Origin: Fluviicola sp. XM-24bin1
GTDB lineage: Bacteria; Bacteroidota; Bacteroidia; Flavobacteriales_D; Crocinitomicaceae
Assembly: GCA_003149635.1 (NCBI GenBank)
Contig: QCWI01000015.1
Location: 13,635 to 77,634, forward strand
Direction: 5' to 3'
Length of the DNA: 64,000 nucleotides
The notes beneath the pieces were generated by a model. The model ran no database searches, was not told the DNA's origin, and saw only the letters and a list, made by a program, of their open reading frames with translations. The stretch's first letter is position 1, and every line of letters begins with the position of its first letter. The translations under genes and the position numbers were made by a program. Positions 54,260 through 64,000 of this stretch are shown here, in pieces.

Positions 54260-55354
54260 TTAAAAATAATTTATTGGGTTTGTATTAACCTCCGTTAAAT
54301 GAACGGCAAAGGTAGCAAATTTTTCCGTCAAAATATCCGCTAATCGGTTCGAAGTATATTGTTCACTTTCGAAATGTCCGATATCGGCAATAATTATCCC
54401 TCCATCTGCGTCAAAAAACTCGTGATACTTGAAATCTCCGGTAATGTAAATATCGGCTCCAGATCGTTTTGCCGCAGACAATAAGAAACTCCCCGAACCA
54501 CCGCAATACGCGACTTTTTGAATGGTTTTCGACGTCAATTCCGTATGACGAATTACTCCACAATTAAAGGTCTTTTTGATGTGCTCTAAGAATGCCTGTG
54601 CTTCCATTGGAGATTCTAATTCTCCTACCATTCCACTGCCTTCATACGGATTGGAATTGAGCATGGGATAAATCTCATGCGCCACTTCTTCATAAGGATG
54701 TGCGGAAATCATCGCCGCTACAACCTTTCCAAGTATATGAGTAGAACACACCGCTTCAAACTTCGATTCATTCACTGAAGAACGCTCTCCGGCAGCTCCG
54801 ATAAACGGCTTTGCAGCATCATTTGGACGAAAACTTCCTTCTCCTTTTGTAGAAAATCCGCATTCGTCGTAATCACCAATATTTCCGGCTCCAGCGTCGA
54901 ACATAGCTTGAGAAACAGCGTCCAAATGATCATCAGGTACGTAACACACAACCTTAGAGAGCACTTCTTTCTTTGGTTGTAACACCTTTACATTCCTCAA
55001 TCCTATGCGTTGACCAATTTCATGGTTGACACCGAATCGATAGTTGTCCAGATTCGTGTGAATTGCATAAATGGCGATATCATTTTTAATCGCTTTGATC
55101 ACCGTGCGCTCAATGTAGTCCTTACCATTCAACTTCTTCAATCCCTTGAAAACAATAGGATGATGCGCGATGATCAATTGGCAGTTTTTCTGAATTGCCT
55201 CCTCCACTGTTGCTTCGATGCAATCCAGTGAAATTAAAACGTTTGAAACTTCCGCGTTTGCATCTCCAACAATCAACCCGGAATTGTCATACGATTCCTG
55301 ACTTGAAATCGGCGCGAGACTTTCCAGATATTGAGTTATCTCCCTGATTTTCAT
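54260..55354 (-). CDS. Nif3-like dinuclear metal centre protein (YbgI family)
   Basis: AHHP.IF motif, C-terminal GDFKYHEF.DA and GH..SE motifs. I prefer the start at MKIREITQYLE (55354), one base from the upstream stop. The ORF track extends to 55405. Confidence 0.85.
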   Translation of the reverse strand: MKIREITQYLESLAPISSQESYDNSGLIVGDANAEVSNVLISLDCIEATVEEAIQKNCQLIIAHHPIVFKGLKKLNGKDYIERTVIKAIKNDIAIYAIHTNLDNYRFGVNHEIGQRIGLRNVKVLQPKKEVLSKVVCYVPDDHLDAVSQAMFDAGAGNIGDYDECGFSTKGEGSFRPNDAAKPFIGAAGERSSVNESKFEAVCSTHILGKVVAAMISAHPYEEVAHEIYPMLNSNPYEGSGMVGELESPMEAQAFLEHIKKTFNCGVIRHTELTSKTIQKVAYCGGSGSFLLSAAKRSGADIYITGDFKYHEFFDADGGIIIADIGHFESEQYTSNRLADILTEKFATFAVHLTEVNTNPINYF

Positions 55355-55355
55355 A

Positions 55356-56120
55356 TTACCAAATTGGATAAGTGAAGCCCATGTTGATTCCGAACGCACG
55401 TCCAAAATGCTCGTAACTATCGATTTCTTCGAACGAATTGGTAAGGTGTAAACGATACTCTGGTTCGATGAAAATAGACGACCCTTTATTGAATCGCAAT
55501 TGAATTCCCGCCGTAATCGTTCCGCTCAATACGAAGGAATTAAATCCATTTCGCGTTTTAACGGTTTCATCCATCTGCGTATTGTTAACCGTTGTCCATT
55601 GCTGCTCCTGTCGATACGAGAAGAACATTTGCGGCACCAATCCGATTCCTCCGTAAAAACGAACGCGGTATCCGTAACGATACATGACTTTTAACGGCAT
55701 TGCTACATAATTGTAGAATGTTTGATAAGCAAAGGTTGAATCTGTATCAGGATCATCGTATTGGTACGTTTCTCCGTTTCGCAACCACGAAATTCCACCT
55801 TGCCACATAAATCGATTCTTTAAATCGCTTCGAATTCCCAATCCATAAGACCAAACATTAAGATTGGCTTCATTAGCGCGTTCTCCTAATGGTTCACCAA
55901 ACAATCCGTCATTGGCAGAATTCGGTCTCAAATCGCGAAAGGTATTCGACCAATTGGCGAATGCAATGACTTCCGTTTTTACCAATTGAAGCGGAAGAAT
56001 GTCAATCTGCTTTTCCTCTTCTGGCTCCTCTTCTTCGGGAGTAGTTATTTCAATTTGTGCATTGGACAAGATGCTCACAAATAGCATCCAACACAATATT
56101 CCAAACGATAGATTTTTCAT
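55356..56120 (-). CDS. Outer-membrane beta-barrel protein (hypothetical)
   Basis: Signal peptide, alternating aromatic/Gly beta-strand pattern, C-terminal ..GFTYPIW. Confidence 0.45.
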   Translation of the reverse strand: MKNLSFGILCWMLFVSILSNAQIEITTPEEEEPEEEKQIDILPLQLVKTEVIAFANWSNTFRDLRPNSANDGLFGEPLGERANEANLNVWSYGLGIRSDLKNRFMWQGGISWLRNGETYQYDDPDTDSTFAYQTFYNYVAMPLKVMYRYGYRVRFYGGIGLVPQMFFSYRQEQQWTTVNNTQMDETVKTRNGFNSFVLSGTITAGIQLRFNKGSSIFIEPEYRLHLTNSFEEIDSYEHFGRAFGINMGFTYPIW

Positions 56121-56377
56121 GCGGCGAAAGATACCAAATAATACCCTTTGAATGGGACAGAATTCTCTGATCGGTAGAAGTGAATGATTCTACGGTTCCC
56201 TCAAAAAAAGGAGATATTCACATTGAATAGTGAACCTTTTAAACTTTTTCGCCCAATAAAGGCTTCATTTTTACGTACTTTTATCATATCGAATGACACC
56301 TTGTCAGTTTTCTAGAAAGGCACGTTAATTGCTGATTGAAGACTGATTCGAGCAACTAGCTCCTATCGAAGCAAACA

Positions 56378-57259
56378 ATGAAAGAACGTATTCGTTTTAT
56401 TATTAATCCGATTTCTGGCGTGGGGAAGAAAAACACCATCCCACCGTTGATTGAGAAGTATCTCAACCAAGATCGGTTTGAATACGACATTGTTTACACG
56501 GAGCGAAAAGGTCATGCTTCCGATTTGGCTCGTGAAGCTTCTGAAGAAGGAATCGATGTCGTTTGTGCTGTCGGAGGCGATGGTTCTGTACACGAAGTAG
56601 GAACTGCACTGATTGGTACCAAAACCAAATTGGCGATCATTCCTACGGGATCTGGGAACGGACTGGCACGCCACCTTAAAATTCCATTAGCGATTAAGGA
56701 TGCTATTTTCTGCATCAACTACTCGAAATCCATTGCAATGGATACCGTAAAAGTAAATGACAAAGCCTTTTTAGGTGTTGGTGGATATGGACTAGATGCC
56801 GTAGTGGCTCAAAAATTCGATGAACACCGCAAGCGAGGATTCTTCAGCTACATTTACCTGACAATTCGTGAGTTTTTCCGTTTCAACCCAATTAACGTAA
56901 CAATCGACGTGGATGGGAAGGTGAAAAAATTGCCTATCGTACTGCTTACGGTAGCCAATGCTTCCCAATTCGGGAACGGATTTACAGTATCGCCGAAGTC
57001 GGATGTAACGGACGGGGAGTTGGAGATGGTTGTTTTGAAACCTTTCTCTATTTGGTCGGTACCTTCAATCGTATATCGATTCTTCTCTAAAAAGAAGCAG
57101 AGAGCTAGACATTCGGAAATCATTTCATTTAAAAACGCCCGCATTCGTTCATCGAAGAACGTAGCACATTACGATGGTGAGCCCGCACAAATAGCTTCAG
57201 AATTGAGCGTGAGCGTGGTGCCTCACAGCTTGCAAATTGTCGTTGGAAAAACGGAATAA
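56378..57259 (+). CDS. Diacylglycerol/lipid kinase family protein (YegS/BmrU-like)
   Basis: NP.SG leader, GGDGSVHEV and IPTGSGNGLARHL motifs. Confidence 0.8.
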   Translation: MKERIRFIINPISGVGKKNTIPPLIEKYLNQDRFEYDIVYTERKGHASDLAREASEEGIDVVCAVGGDGSVHEVGTALIGTKTKLAIIPTGSGNGLARHLKIPLAIKDAIFCINYSKSIAMDTVKVNDKAFLGVGGYGLDAVVAQKFDEHRKRGFFSYIYLTIREFFRFNPINVTIDVDGKVKKLPIVLLTVANASQFGNGFTVSPKSDVTDGELEMVVLKPFSIWSVPSIVYRFFSKKKQRARHSEIISFKNARIRSSKNVAHYDGEPAQIASELSVSVVPHSLQIVVGKTE

Positions 57260-57723
57260 TGAACTACTTAGAACCTACTCTGGCCAATGCTTTGGCCCAT
57301 TTCAACCAATTAACACCGGAAACAAAACCATTATGGGGAACGATGACTTCTCTAGATATGGTGGAGCATATTACTGATTCGCTAGACATGGCGCAAGGCA
57401 AATTCGAAGGATTAACCCTGCAATTTCCTGAAGAAAAAGCTCCAAAAGCCTTAAAGTTTCTGATGTCTGATCATCCAATGCCTAAAAACTTCAAAGCGCC
57501 CTTTGGTCCTTCAGAAAAGGCTCCGAATCGAAATGCGAATCTTCAAGAAGCCATTGCCGAGTTTGAAAACAACTGGAATGCATTTACGAATCTTTTCGAG
57601 AGCAATCCAGAGTTACGACAGATTCATCCAAATTTTGGAAATCTAAATTATGAGGAGTGGTTGCGTGTACACAGCAAACATTTGACGCACCATTTTCAAC
57701 AATTCGGATTGGTCCCGTCATGA
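57259..57723 (+). CDS. DinB-superfamily protein (DUF1569-like)
   Basis: Four-helix pattern with conserved His residues (EHITDS ... HSKHLTHHFQQFG), 154 aa. Confidence 0.45.
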   Translation: MNYLEPTLANALAHFNQLTPETKPLWGTMTSLDMVEHITDSLDMAQGKFEGLTLQFPEEKAPKALKFLMSDHPMPKNFKAPFGPSEKAPNRNANLQEAIAEFENNWNAFTNLFESNPELRQIHPNFGNLNYEEWLRVHSKHLTHHFQQFGLVPS

Positions 57724-57881
57724 CTCTTTACCTCTACCCTCTTATTCCCGGTGTAATTCTTGGTCTCATCAATTGGTTGTATTGGAGGCGCCGCGGATAC
57801 ACCTCCCCCACACAATTGGTTTTGGGAATCCTATTGTTTTATGCAGTTTCCTTTGTGATCTACCGATATTTCGCCACCTAA
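57720..57881 (+). CDS. Hypothetical small two-TM membrane protein
   Basis: ATG at 57720 overlaps the upstream TGA (ATGA). The 53-aa product has two hydrophobic helices. Weak evidence. Confidence 0.35.
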   Translation: MTLYLYPLIPGVILGLINWLYWRRRGYTSPTQLVLGILLFYAVSFVIYRYFAT

Positions 57882-57922
57882 AGGTTTTGAAATAAGAGTC
57901 CAACATTCTCAAGGCAATTCAT

Positions 57923-57930
57923 TACTTTTG
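57923..57930 (+). promoter_or_regulatory. Bacteroidota -7 promoter element candidate (TAnnTTTG)
   Basis: TACTTTTG lies 57 nt upstream of the mutA ATG. Confidence 0.3.
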
Positions 57931-57987
57931 AACGGCAATTTCTATTGCTATTGAACAACTTTTCGAACATTAAATAAGGTTCAGTAC

Positions 57988-59322
57988 ATGAACAATTTAT
58001 TTCAGGAATTTCCTTCTGTAAACCTTGCAGAATGGAAAGACAAAATTGTAAAAGATCTGAAGGGCAAAGAATTGTCCGTCTTGGACTTTAACGACCCGAT
58101 TGAAGAGATCGATTATCGTGCTTTCTACCATAAAGAAGAACGAACGGATAACGACTTGACTCCGGGTTCTTTCCCTGCGACGCGAGGTTCCAAAACAACG
58201 AACAACGATTGGAGCAACGGAGCACTCATCATTGTGATGGATGAAAAACAAGCTAACGAAAAAGCATTAGATCTTTTAATGAAAGGTGCCGATATGTTAT
58301 GCTTCATCAGTCATAAGGAAAATATAGATTGGGACAAAGTCTTAAACGAAGTGCAATTGGAATATATCCGAACGCAATTTGTTGTTGACTCAGCACAGGA
58401 AGCAGAGAAAATTGTTTCAATCGCTGGAACTGCGAAAAACCGAATTTCTTTTTGTTTTGATGCCATGGAATCTCATGGTGAAGACCTCATCACATTGATG
58501 AAAGATTCACAAACCGCAACTTACGTTGTGAATGGATACGGTGTGCAACGCTGTGGTGCCAACACTTGGCAAGAAATTGCTTTTTGTCTTTCTTCCGGAC
58601 ATGAAACACTGGTAAAACTCATAGAAGCAGGATTCACTATCGATGAAGCCGCTGCGCAAGTACACTTCCATGTAGGTATTGGATCGAATTACTTCAACGA
58701 AATTGCCAAACTTCGTTCTTTACGACAACTGTGGTCAAAAGTAGTTGCAGCGTACAATCCAGAGCATGCTTGTTCGTATAACTCTCAAATCACGGCAGTA
58801 ATCGGGCACACAAATAAATCCCTTCGCGATCCATACACGAACCTTTTACGTCAAACAACAGAAACGATGTCAGCGGCAAGTTCTGCGGATGCCGTTTTGG
58901 TCTTACCATACGATTTGTACAGCGAAAATGGATCGACTGAAATGGCGGAACGCATGGCATTGAACATTTCTAATCTATTGAAGGAAGAATCTTATCTGCA
59001 CCATGTAATTGATGCTCCTGGAGGAAGTTACTCTGTGGAGCAATTGACAGAAAAGATTGGCCGAAAGTCATGGGAACGATTCCAGAAAATGGACGCTGAA
59101 GGTGGGGTCTTGAATTCAGATGTTCTTGACGCCGTCAAAAGCGAAGTTGAAGCGACCTCATCCTTACGAATGGAAGCTTATGCCAGCGGAAAATCAACCT
59201 TAATTGGAGTCAACAAATTCCCCGATCCAATGGAACAGACTACTAAATGGAATGAGGTGCCGGGATATCTCGGAATGAAAGCCTTTGTTGCAGACACCAT
59301 TCAAAAACCAGAAACTGTATGA
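57988..59322 (+). CDS. mutA: Methylmalonyl-CoA mutase small (beta) subunit
   Basis: Mutase-fold similarity with no B12-binding DxHxxG. Overlaps mutB by 4 nt (ATGA), the classic mutA-mutB arrangement. Confidence 0.8.
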   Translation: MNNLFQEFPSVNLAEWKDKIVKDLKGKELSVLDFNDPIEEIDYRAFYHKEERTDNDLTPGSFPATRGSKTTNNDWSNGALIIVMDEKQANEKALDLLMKGADMLCFISHKENIDWDKVLNEVQLEYIRTQFVVDSAQEAEKIVSIAGTAKNRISFCFDAMESHGEDLITLMKDSQTATYVVNGYGVQRCGANTWQEIAFCLSSGHETLVKLIEAGFTIDEAAAQVHFHVGIGSNYFNEIAKLRSLRQLWSKVVAAYNPEHACSYNSQITAVIGHTNKSLRDPYTNLLRQTTETMSAASSADAVLVLPYDLYSENGSTEMAERMALNISNLLKEESYLHHVIDAPGGSYSVEQLTEKIGRKSWERFQKMDAEGGVLNSDVLDAVKSEVEATSSLRMEAYASGKSTLIGVNKFPDPMEQTTKWNEVPGYLGMKAFVADTIQKPETV

Positions 59323-61451
59323 AACGAGTTGACTTCTCACAAATCTCTTACGAGACAGAAAATAATGCGATCGCTGCTGAGAAAAGCACAACGTTCACTA
59401 CAGCAGATAAAATCGAATTGCAAAACTTTTACGATACCCAAGATGAATCCGATTTGAATCATTTGGGCTACGTTTCAGGTTTGTCTCCGTACTTGCGTGG
59501 GCCGTATAGCTCCATGTATGCTATCCGTCCTTGGACGATTCGTCAATACGCTGGATTCTCAACCGCAGAGGAATCCAATGCATTCTACAGAAGAAACCTT
59601 GCCGCAGGACAAAAAGGACTTTCCGTTGCGTTTGATTTAGCAACACACCGAGGCTACGATTCCGATCATGACCGCGTGGTTGGTGATGTGGGTAAAGCTG
59701 GTGTTGCCATTGATTCGATTCTGGACATGAAGATCCTTTTCGATCAAATTCCATTGGATAAAATGTCGGTTTCCATGACGATGAACGGCGCCGTGATTCC
59801 TATCATGGCCTTTTATATCGTCGCGGCAGAAGAACAAGGTGTATCACAAGAACAACTTTCAGGAACCATTCAGAACGATATCCTGAAGGAGTTCATGGTA
59901 CGAAATACATACATCTACCCGCCTCTACCGTCGATGCGCATCATATCCGATATTTTCGAATATACCTCGCAAAATATGCCACGTTTCAATTCGATTTCCA
60001 TTTCTGGATATCACATGCAGGAAGCGGGAGCTACGGCGGCAATTGAGTTGGCCTACACACTGGCAGATGGATTGGAATATTTGCGCGCGGGAATCAACGC
60101 TGGAATGAAAATCGATGATTTTGCACCAAGATTGAGTTTCTTCTGGGCGATTGGAATGAATCATTACACGGAAGTAGCAAAAATGCGCGCCGGTCGAATT
60201 CTTTGGGCAAAACTCGTAAATCAGTTCGAACCAGAAAATCCGAAATCTTTGGCGCTACGTACCCATTGCCAGACTTCCGGTTGGAGTTTGACAGAGCAAG
60301 ATCCGTTCAACAATGTAGCGAGAACGTGTATCGAAGCCTTGGCTGCAGCCCTGGGCGGCACACAATCTTTGCATACGAACGCATTGGACGAAGCCATCGC
60401 ACTTCCAACCGATTTCTCAGCTCGAATTGCTCGAAACACACAAATCTACTTGCAAGAAGAAACGGGAATCACCAAGCACGTGGATCCACTCGGAGGAAGC
60501 TACTACGTTGAGAAACTAACCGATGCATTGGTAGAAGAAGCTTGGAAGTTGATTGAAGAAGTGGAAGAATTGGGTGGAATGGCAAAAGCTATTGAAACCG
60601 GAATTCCAAAAATGCGCATTGAAGAGGCGGCTGCAAGAAAACAAGCCCGCATCGATTCCAATAAAGACATTATTGTCGGTGTAAACCGTTACCAGTTGGA
60701 GAAAGAAGATCCGATTGACATTCTCGAAGTTGACAATACGAAAGTGCGAGAAGCGCAAATCAACCGATTGAATGATCTGAAATCGAATCGAAATTGCGAA
60801 GAAGTGCCTCAACTTCTTTCAGAATTAGAAGCAGCGGCGAAATCTGGAGAAGGAAACCTCTTGGAAATTGCCATTCGTTGTGCCAGAGCACGCGCTTCTC
60901 TCGGTGAAATCTCAATTGCCTTGGAAAATGCATTCGGACGTTATCAAGCAACCATTCGCTCCATTAACGGAGTATATTCCTCAGAATCTATGGAAGACCA
61001 GGACTTCAACAAAGCGCGCGAATTGGCGGATGCTTTCGCCAAACTGGAAGGGCGACGACCTCGAATCATGATTGCTAAAATGGGGCAAGATGGTCACGAT
61101 CGCGGTGCAAAAGTAATCGCAACATCCTTCGCTGATATTGGTTTTGACGTCGACATCGGCCCACTTTTCCAAACACCGGAAGAGGCCGCAAAACAAGCCG
61201 TTGAGAACGATGTTCATATTCTAGGAGTTTCCTCGTTGGCGGCAGGACACAAAACGCTTGTACCTCAAGTGATCGAAGAATTGAAGAAGCGCGATCGTGA
61301 AGACATTATGGTCATCGCGGGAGGGGTAATTCCGCAACAGGATTACGATTATTTATACGAAGCTGGAGTATTCGGAGTCTTCGGCCCGGGAACAAAAATC
61401 TCATTAGCTGCACAAAAGATCCTCAACTTACTGTTAAAGAGCTTTGAGTGA
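59319..61451 (+). CDS. mutB: Methylmalonyl-CoA mutase large (alpha) subunit
   Basis: [20 protein letters not shown] and a C-terminal B12-binding [11 protein letters not shown] (DxHxxG) motif, 710 aa. Confidence 0.95.
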   Translation: MKRVDFSQISYETENNAIAAEKSTTFTTADKIELQNFYDTQDESDLNHLGYVSGLSPYLRGPYSSMYAIRPWTIRQYAGFSTAEESNAFYRRNLAAGQKGLSVAFDLATHRGYDSDHDRVVGDVGKAGVAIDSILDMKILFDQIPLDKMSVSMTMNGAVIPIMAFYIVAAEEQGVSQEQLSGTIQNDILKEFMVRNTYIYPPLPSMRIISDIFEYTSQNMPRFNSISISGYHMQEAGATAAIELAYTLADGLEYLRAGINAGMKIDDFAPRLSFFWAIGMNHYTEVAKMRAGRILWAKLVNQFEPENPKSLALRTHCQTSGWSLTEQDPFNNVARTCIEALAAALGGTQSLHTNALDEAIALPTDFSARIARNTQIYLQEETGITKHVDPLGGSYYVEKLTDALVEEAWKLIEEVEELGGMAKAIETGIPKMRIEEAAARKQARIDSNKDIIVGVNRYQLEKEDPIDILEVDNTKVREAQINRLNDLKSNRNCEEVPQLLSELEAAAKSGEGNLLEIAIRCARARASLGEISIALENAFGRYQATIRSINGVYSSESMEDQDFNKARELADAFAKLEGRRPRIMIAKMGQDGHDRGAKVIATSFADIGFDVDIGPLFQTPEEAAKQAVENDVHILGVSSLAAGHKTLVPQVIEELKKRDREDIMVIAGGVIPQQDYDYLYEAGVFGVFGPGTKISLAAQKILNLLLKSFE

Positions 61452-61537
61452 AAATGTTAAATTTCACTACATTTATGTAACTTTTTCGCTTCGGCACAGT
61501 ATTTGAAATGTACGATTGAAAACAAATTAACAAAACT

Positions 61538-62269
61538 ATGCGACATCTTATTACTTTCATCGGTCTCGCACTTCTTTCGCAAACTGCGATGGCTCAGGAA
61601 TACAATGACCTGAAAATTCTCTTTGCAGATGGGGATTACGAAAAGCTGGTGAAAAAAGCAGAAGGTTATACCACAAACGATAAAACCAAATACGATCCTG
61701 TTCCCTACTTCTGGGCAGCAAAGGGGTTGTATAAGATTTCATTGTCAGGAACTGACGACGAGCGATTCAAGAACGCCTACAAAGACGCTATCAAATTCTT
61801 AGGAAAAGGGATCAAGTACGATCTTAAGAAGAACGATGGGCAAGCAATGGAGGAGTTTAATGAGTTTGTTGTGATGTTTCAAATGACTTGTTTCAATCGT
61901 ATTTCGAATGATATTGAAGCTGGTGATTACCGTAAAGCCTACTCTTGGGCTGGTCGTTACAAGAAGATCACTCAAAACCCGGTTGGAGTTTACCTAATCA
62001 TGGGAGCTTGTAAATACCAAGCAAAAGATCGATCATCAGCTCGTACCAACTGGAAAGAAGCGGATGCTCTCTTACCTGAAATTACTGGAGTAGAGAGTTG
62101 GAGCGATGCAGATAAGCAGGTTTTGATGATAGGAATCATCGAAACGGCGAAAGCCTACAAGATGAGTATGCAGGATGACAAGGCAAAAGACATCCTTGGA
62201 AAAGCTGCTCAGTGGTTTGAAGAAGACGAGGAATGGCAGAGACGCTATGATGATTACGTGAATAGCTAA
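61538..62269 (+). CDS. Hypothetical secreted helical-repeat protein
   Basis: Signal peptide. TPR-like helical content with no specific motif. Confidence 0.45.
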   Translation: MRHLITFIGLALLSQTAMAQEYNDLKILFADGDYEKLVKKAEGYTTNDKTKYDPVPYFWAAKGLYKISLSGTDDERFKNAYKDAIKFLGKGIKYDLKKNDGQAMEEFNEFVVMFQMTCFNRISNDIEAGDYRKAYSWAGRYKKITQNPVGVYLIMGACKYQAKDRSSARTNWKEADALLPEITGVESWSDADKQVLMIGIIETAKAYKMSMQDDKAKDILGKAAQWFEEDEEWQRRYDDYVNS

Positions 62270-62290
62270 TCGCCAACCCAACGATATGTG

Positions 62291-62323
62291 AGTCCGTTCT
62301 ATATTTAGAGCGGACTTTTTTTT
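62291..62323 (+). terminator. Rho-independent terminator
   Basis: 10-bp stem agtccgttct / agagcggact with loop atattt, followed by T7. Confidence 0.8.
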
Positions 62324-62353
62324 CGTTAATTTTAGTGAGCGTAAATCGTACTT

Positions 62354-63511
62354 ATGAAAGCATTCTTCCTCTCCATTCTCTTATCCTTTGCGGGACTCTC
62401 TGCCCAGAGCCAAACTTTCGATGCTTTCTACGCCTCTATGGCGGACAGTTGCAATCAGGATACCGTATCGGAATATTTGCAGCAATTTGAAGATCTCGGA
62501 ATTAAGGAATTGCTGAATGCTGGATTGGATAACACCAAGGACTGGATCATACAGAAATATCAGGATTGGGGCTATACAGACATCGTTGAGGACGATTTCC
62601 AAGTACAAGGAGTTACAACCACGAACATCATCGTGACAAAAACGGGTTATCTCTACCCCGACACTTATGTAATCATCGACGGGCACTACGATACGAAAAA
62701 CGGCCCTGGAGCGAACGACAACGGATCTGGAACAGTGATTTTGTTAGAACTAGCACGCTTAATTAAAGACGTTCCTACGGAATATTCCATCAAGTTCATT
62801 CATTTCTCAGCAGAGGAAATCGGATTAGAAGGAAGTGAGCATTATGTGAATAACGTGGCGAATCCAACGAATATGGATATCAAGGTGCTCTTTAATATAG
62901 ATCAAGTTGGAGGACGCGGAGGTCAGCCGAACACAACCATTATCTGCGAGCGTGATCAAAGCCCTCCGAATGGAAATAATGCCCAGTCTGACATTTACAC
63001 CAATGAACTTGCGGTTTGTACCCAACTCTACTCTAGCCTACTAACGGAAATATCTTTCGCATACGGCTCTGATTATGTCCCCTTCATGCAAAATGGATAT
63101 GTTGTGACCGGTTTCTATGAAGAAAACGAATCGGTGGTAACGCACTCCATCAACGATAGTATCTCAAACATGGACATTCCGTACTTATATCAAGTAACGA
63201 AAGCGTCGATGGGTGCTTTACTGCACTTTGCCTTAGCCGATTTGGATTTGGGCATTGAAGAGGAAGAACAAGCAATCTTCACCTTATTCCCTAATCCCGC
63301 GGATGATTTCTTGAAATTGAATTTTAAAGAAGACCAAACATCCTTATTCTACACAATCACCGATTTAAGCGGAAAAACGATACAGGAAGATTTGATCAGC
63401 GGATTAAACAACACGTTTGAGATTGACACAAGAACTTTGGTAGCTGGAGCATACATACTAAAACTCCACACCAATAAAGGCTTGGCAACCCGCCGATTCA
63501 TTAAAGAATAA
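62354..63511 (+). CDS. M28 family aminopeptidase with T9SS C-terminal domain
   Basis: DGHYD, GANDNGSGTVILLELAR and FSAEEIGLEGS motifs. CTD FTLFPNPADDFLKL...GAYILKLHTNKGLATRRFIKE. Confidence 0.85.
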   Translation: MKAFFLSILLSFAGLSAQSQTFDAFYASMADSCNQDTVSEYLQQFEDLGIKELLNAGLDNTKDWIIQKYQDWGYTDIVEDDFQVQGVTTTNIIVTKTGYLYPDTYVIIDGHYDTKNGPGANDNGSGTVILLELARLIKDVPTEYSIKFIHFSAEEIGLEGSEHYVNNVANPTNMDIKVLFNIDQVGGRGGQPNTTIICERDQSPPNGNNAQSDIYTNELAVCTQLYSSLLTEISFAYGSDYVPFMQNGYVVTGFYEENESVVTHSINDSISNMDIPYLYQVTKASMGALLHFALADLDLGIEEEEQAIFTLFPNPADDFLKLNFKEDQTSLFYTITDLSGKTIQEDLISGLNNTFEIDTRTLVAGAYILKLHTNKGLATRRFIKE

Positions 63512-63624
63512 AAGCCTTAAAAAATACTCCTAGCGCCTTTCGCGGTTCAAAATATCCAACCTGAATCCACAACAGACTCTTTAAAAGCTTTTCGACACTA
63601 GATCAAAACAAGATAGATTCCGAA

Positions 63625-63632
63625 TATCTTTG
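63625..63632 (+). promoter_or_regulatory. Bacteroidota -7 promoter element candidate (TAnnTTTG)
   Basis: TATCTTTG lies 5 nt upstream of the ATG at 63638. Confidence 0.3.
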
Positions 63633-63637
63633 GAATT

Positions 63638-63922
63638 ATGAAGAAAGCACTGCGTCTTTTACAGAACAAATTCATACTTGCATCTACGATATTTTTCGTG
63701 TACACGCTCTTTCTTGATGATAATGACATCTTCAATATCATTGGGCAACGTAGAAAGCTTAGTGCACTTCGAACGGAAAAAGCACAATTCGAAAAAGAAC
63801 TCAATCAAACGAGAATCACCTTAAAGAAACTGGAAAATCGTACAGAAGTTGAGAAGTTTGCTCGTGAGGAGAAACTATTCAAAAAGGACGATGAAGATGT
63901 TTTTGTGATTTTCTACGAGTAA
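63638..63922 (+). CDS. Septum formation initiator family protein (FtsB/DivIC-like)
   Basis: N-terminal TM helix, then a coiled coil (LRTEKAQFEKELNQTRITLKKLEN) and a ..ARE.....KDDE.VF.. tail typical of the family. Confidence 0.6.
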   Translation: MKKALRLLQNKFILASTIFFVYTLFLDDNDIFNIIGQRRKLSALRTEKAQFEKELNQTRITLKKLENRTEVEKFAREEKLFKKDDEDVFVIFYE

Positions 63923-63925
63923 GAA

Positions 63926-64000
63926 CTACTCCCTCGCTAACTTTCCTTCCTTCCAATCTTTGATCAATTTCGACCAAGCGTATGGGTTGAATAAGTTATT
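63926..64000 (-). CDS. 3' end of an unidentified CDS that continues beyond the window
   Basis: The minus strand is open to the window edge and reads ..NNLFNPYAWSKLIKDWKEGKLARE with stop TAG (63926-63928). Too short to identify. Confidence 0.25.
   Translation of the reverse strand, partial: NNLFNPYAWSKLIKDWKEGKLARE

Noticed and set aside
57882-57987. A cobalamin riboswitch might lie upstream of the B12-dependent mutA-mutB genes.
   Set aside because: The gap is only about 105 nt, shorter than a typical cobalamin riboswitch, and I saw no B12-box-like sequence. Mutase genes are also not usual targets of this riboswitch.

Overview
This looks like a 64-kb chromosomal segment of a Bacteroidota (Flavobacteriales-like) genome. 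Supporting signs are many proteins with type IX secretion (T9SS) C-terminal sorting domains, a PorQ homologue, a fused LpxC/FabZ, a DUF4295 gene after rpmB-rpmG, TAnnTTTG promoter-like motifs and no obvious Shine-Dalgarno sequences. About 60 CDS are tightly packed and mostly housekeeping. They include a carotenoid operon (idi, CrtD-like, CruF-like, crtZ, lycopene-cyclase domain), cmk, mazG, a TonB-dependent receptor, an M61 peptidase and a YbiT-like ABC-F ATPase. Also present are hisS-hutH, ftsY, rpmB-rpmG, cinA, rlmD, lpxD-lpxC/fabZ-lpxA, trxA, a TerC protein, thioesterase-menF-menD, murB, a DEAD-box helicase, a Nif3 plus zinc-ribbon pair, a lipid kinase, mutA-mutB and an M28 peptidase. I recognised no rRNA, tRNA, CRISPR array, transposase, integrase or canonical defence gene. 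The unusual content is extracellular. Two tandem M43 (pappalysin/cytophagalysin-type) zinc metalloproteases are T9SS cargo, and one is a 2399-aa giant with twelve in-frame 198-bp tandem repeats. A duplicated module of a small secreted protein plus a CUB-like/CTD protein has one decayed copy. A third protein looks like a chimera carrying only the tail of a domain shared with that module. Other oddities are a 2OG-Fe(II) oxygenase-like reading frame broken by three in-frame stop codons with no frameshift, and a 15-bp perfect inverted repeat inside the two terminators that flank the helicase gene. All functional calls rest on motif recognition by eye in the supplied translations. No database search was run.
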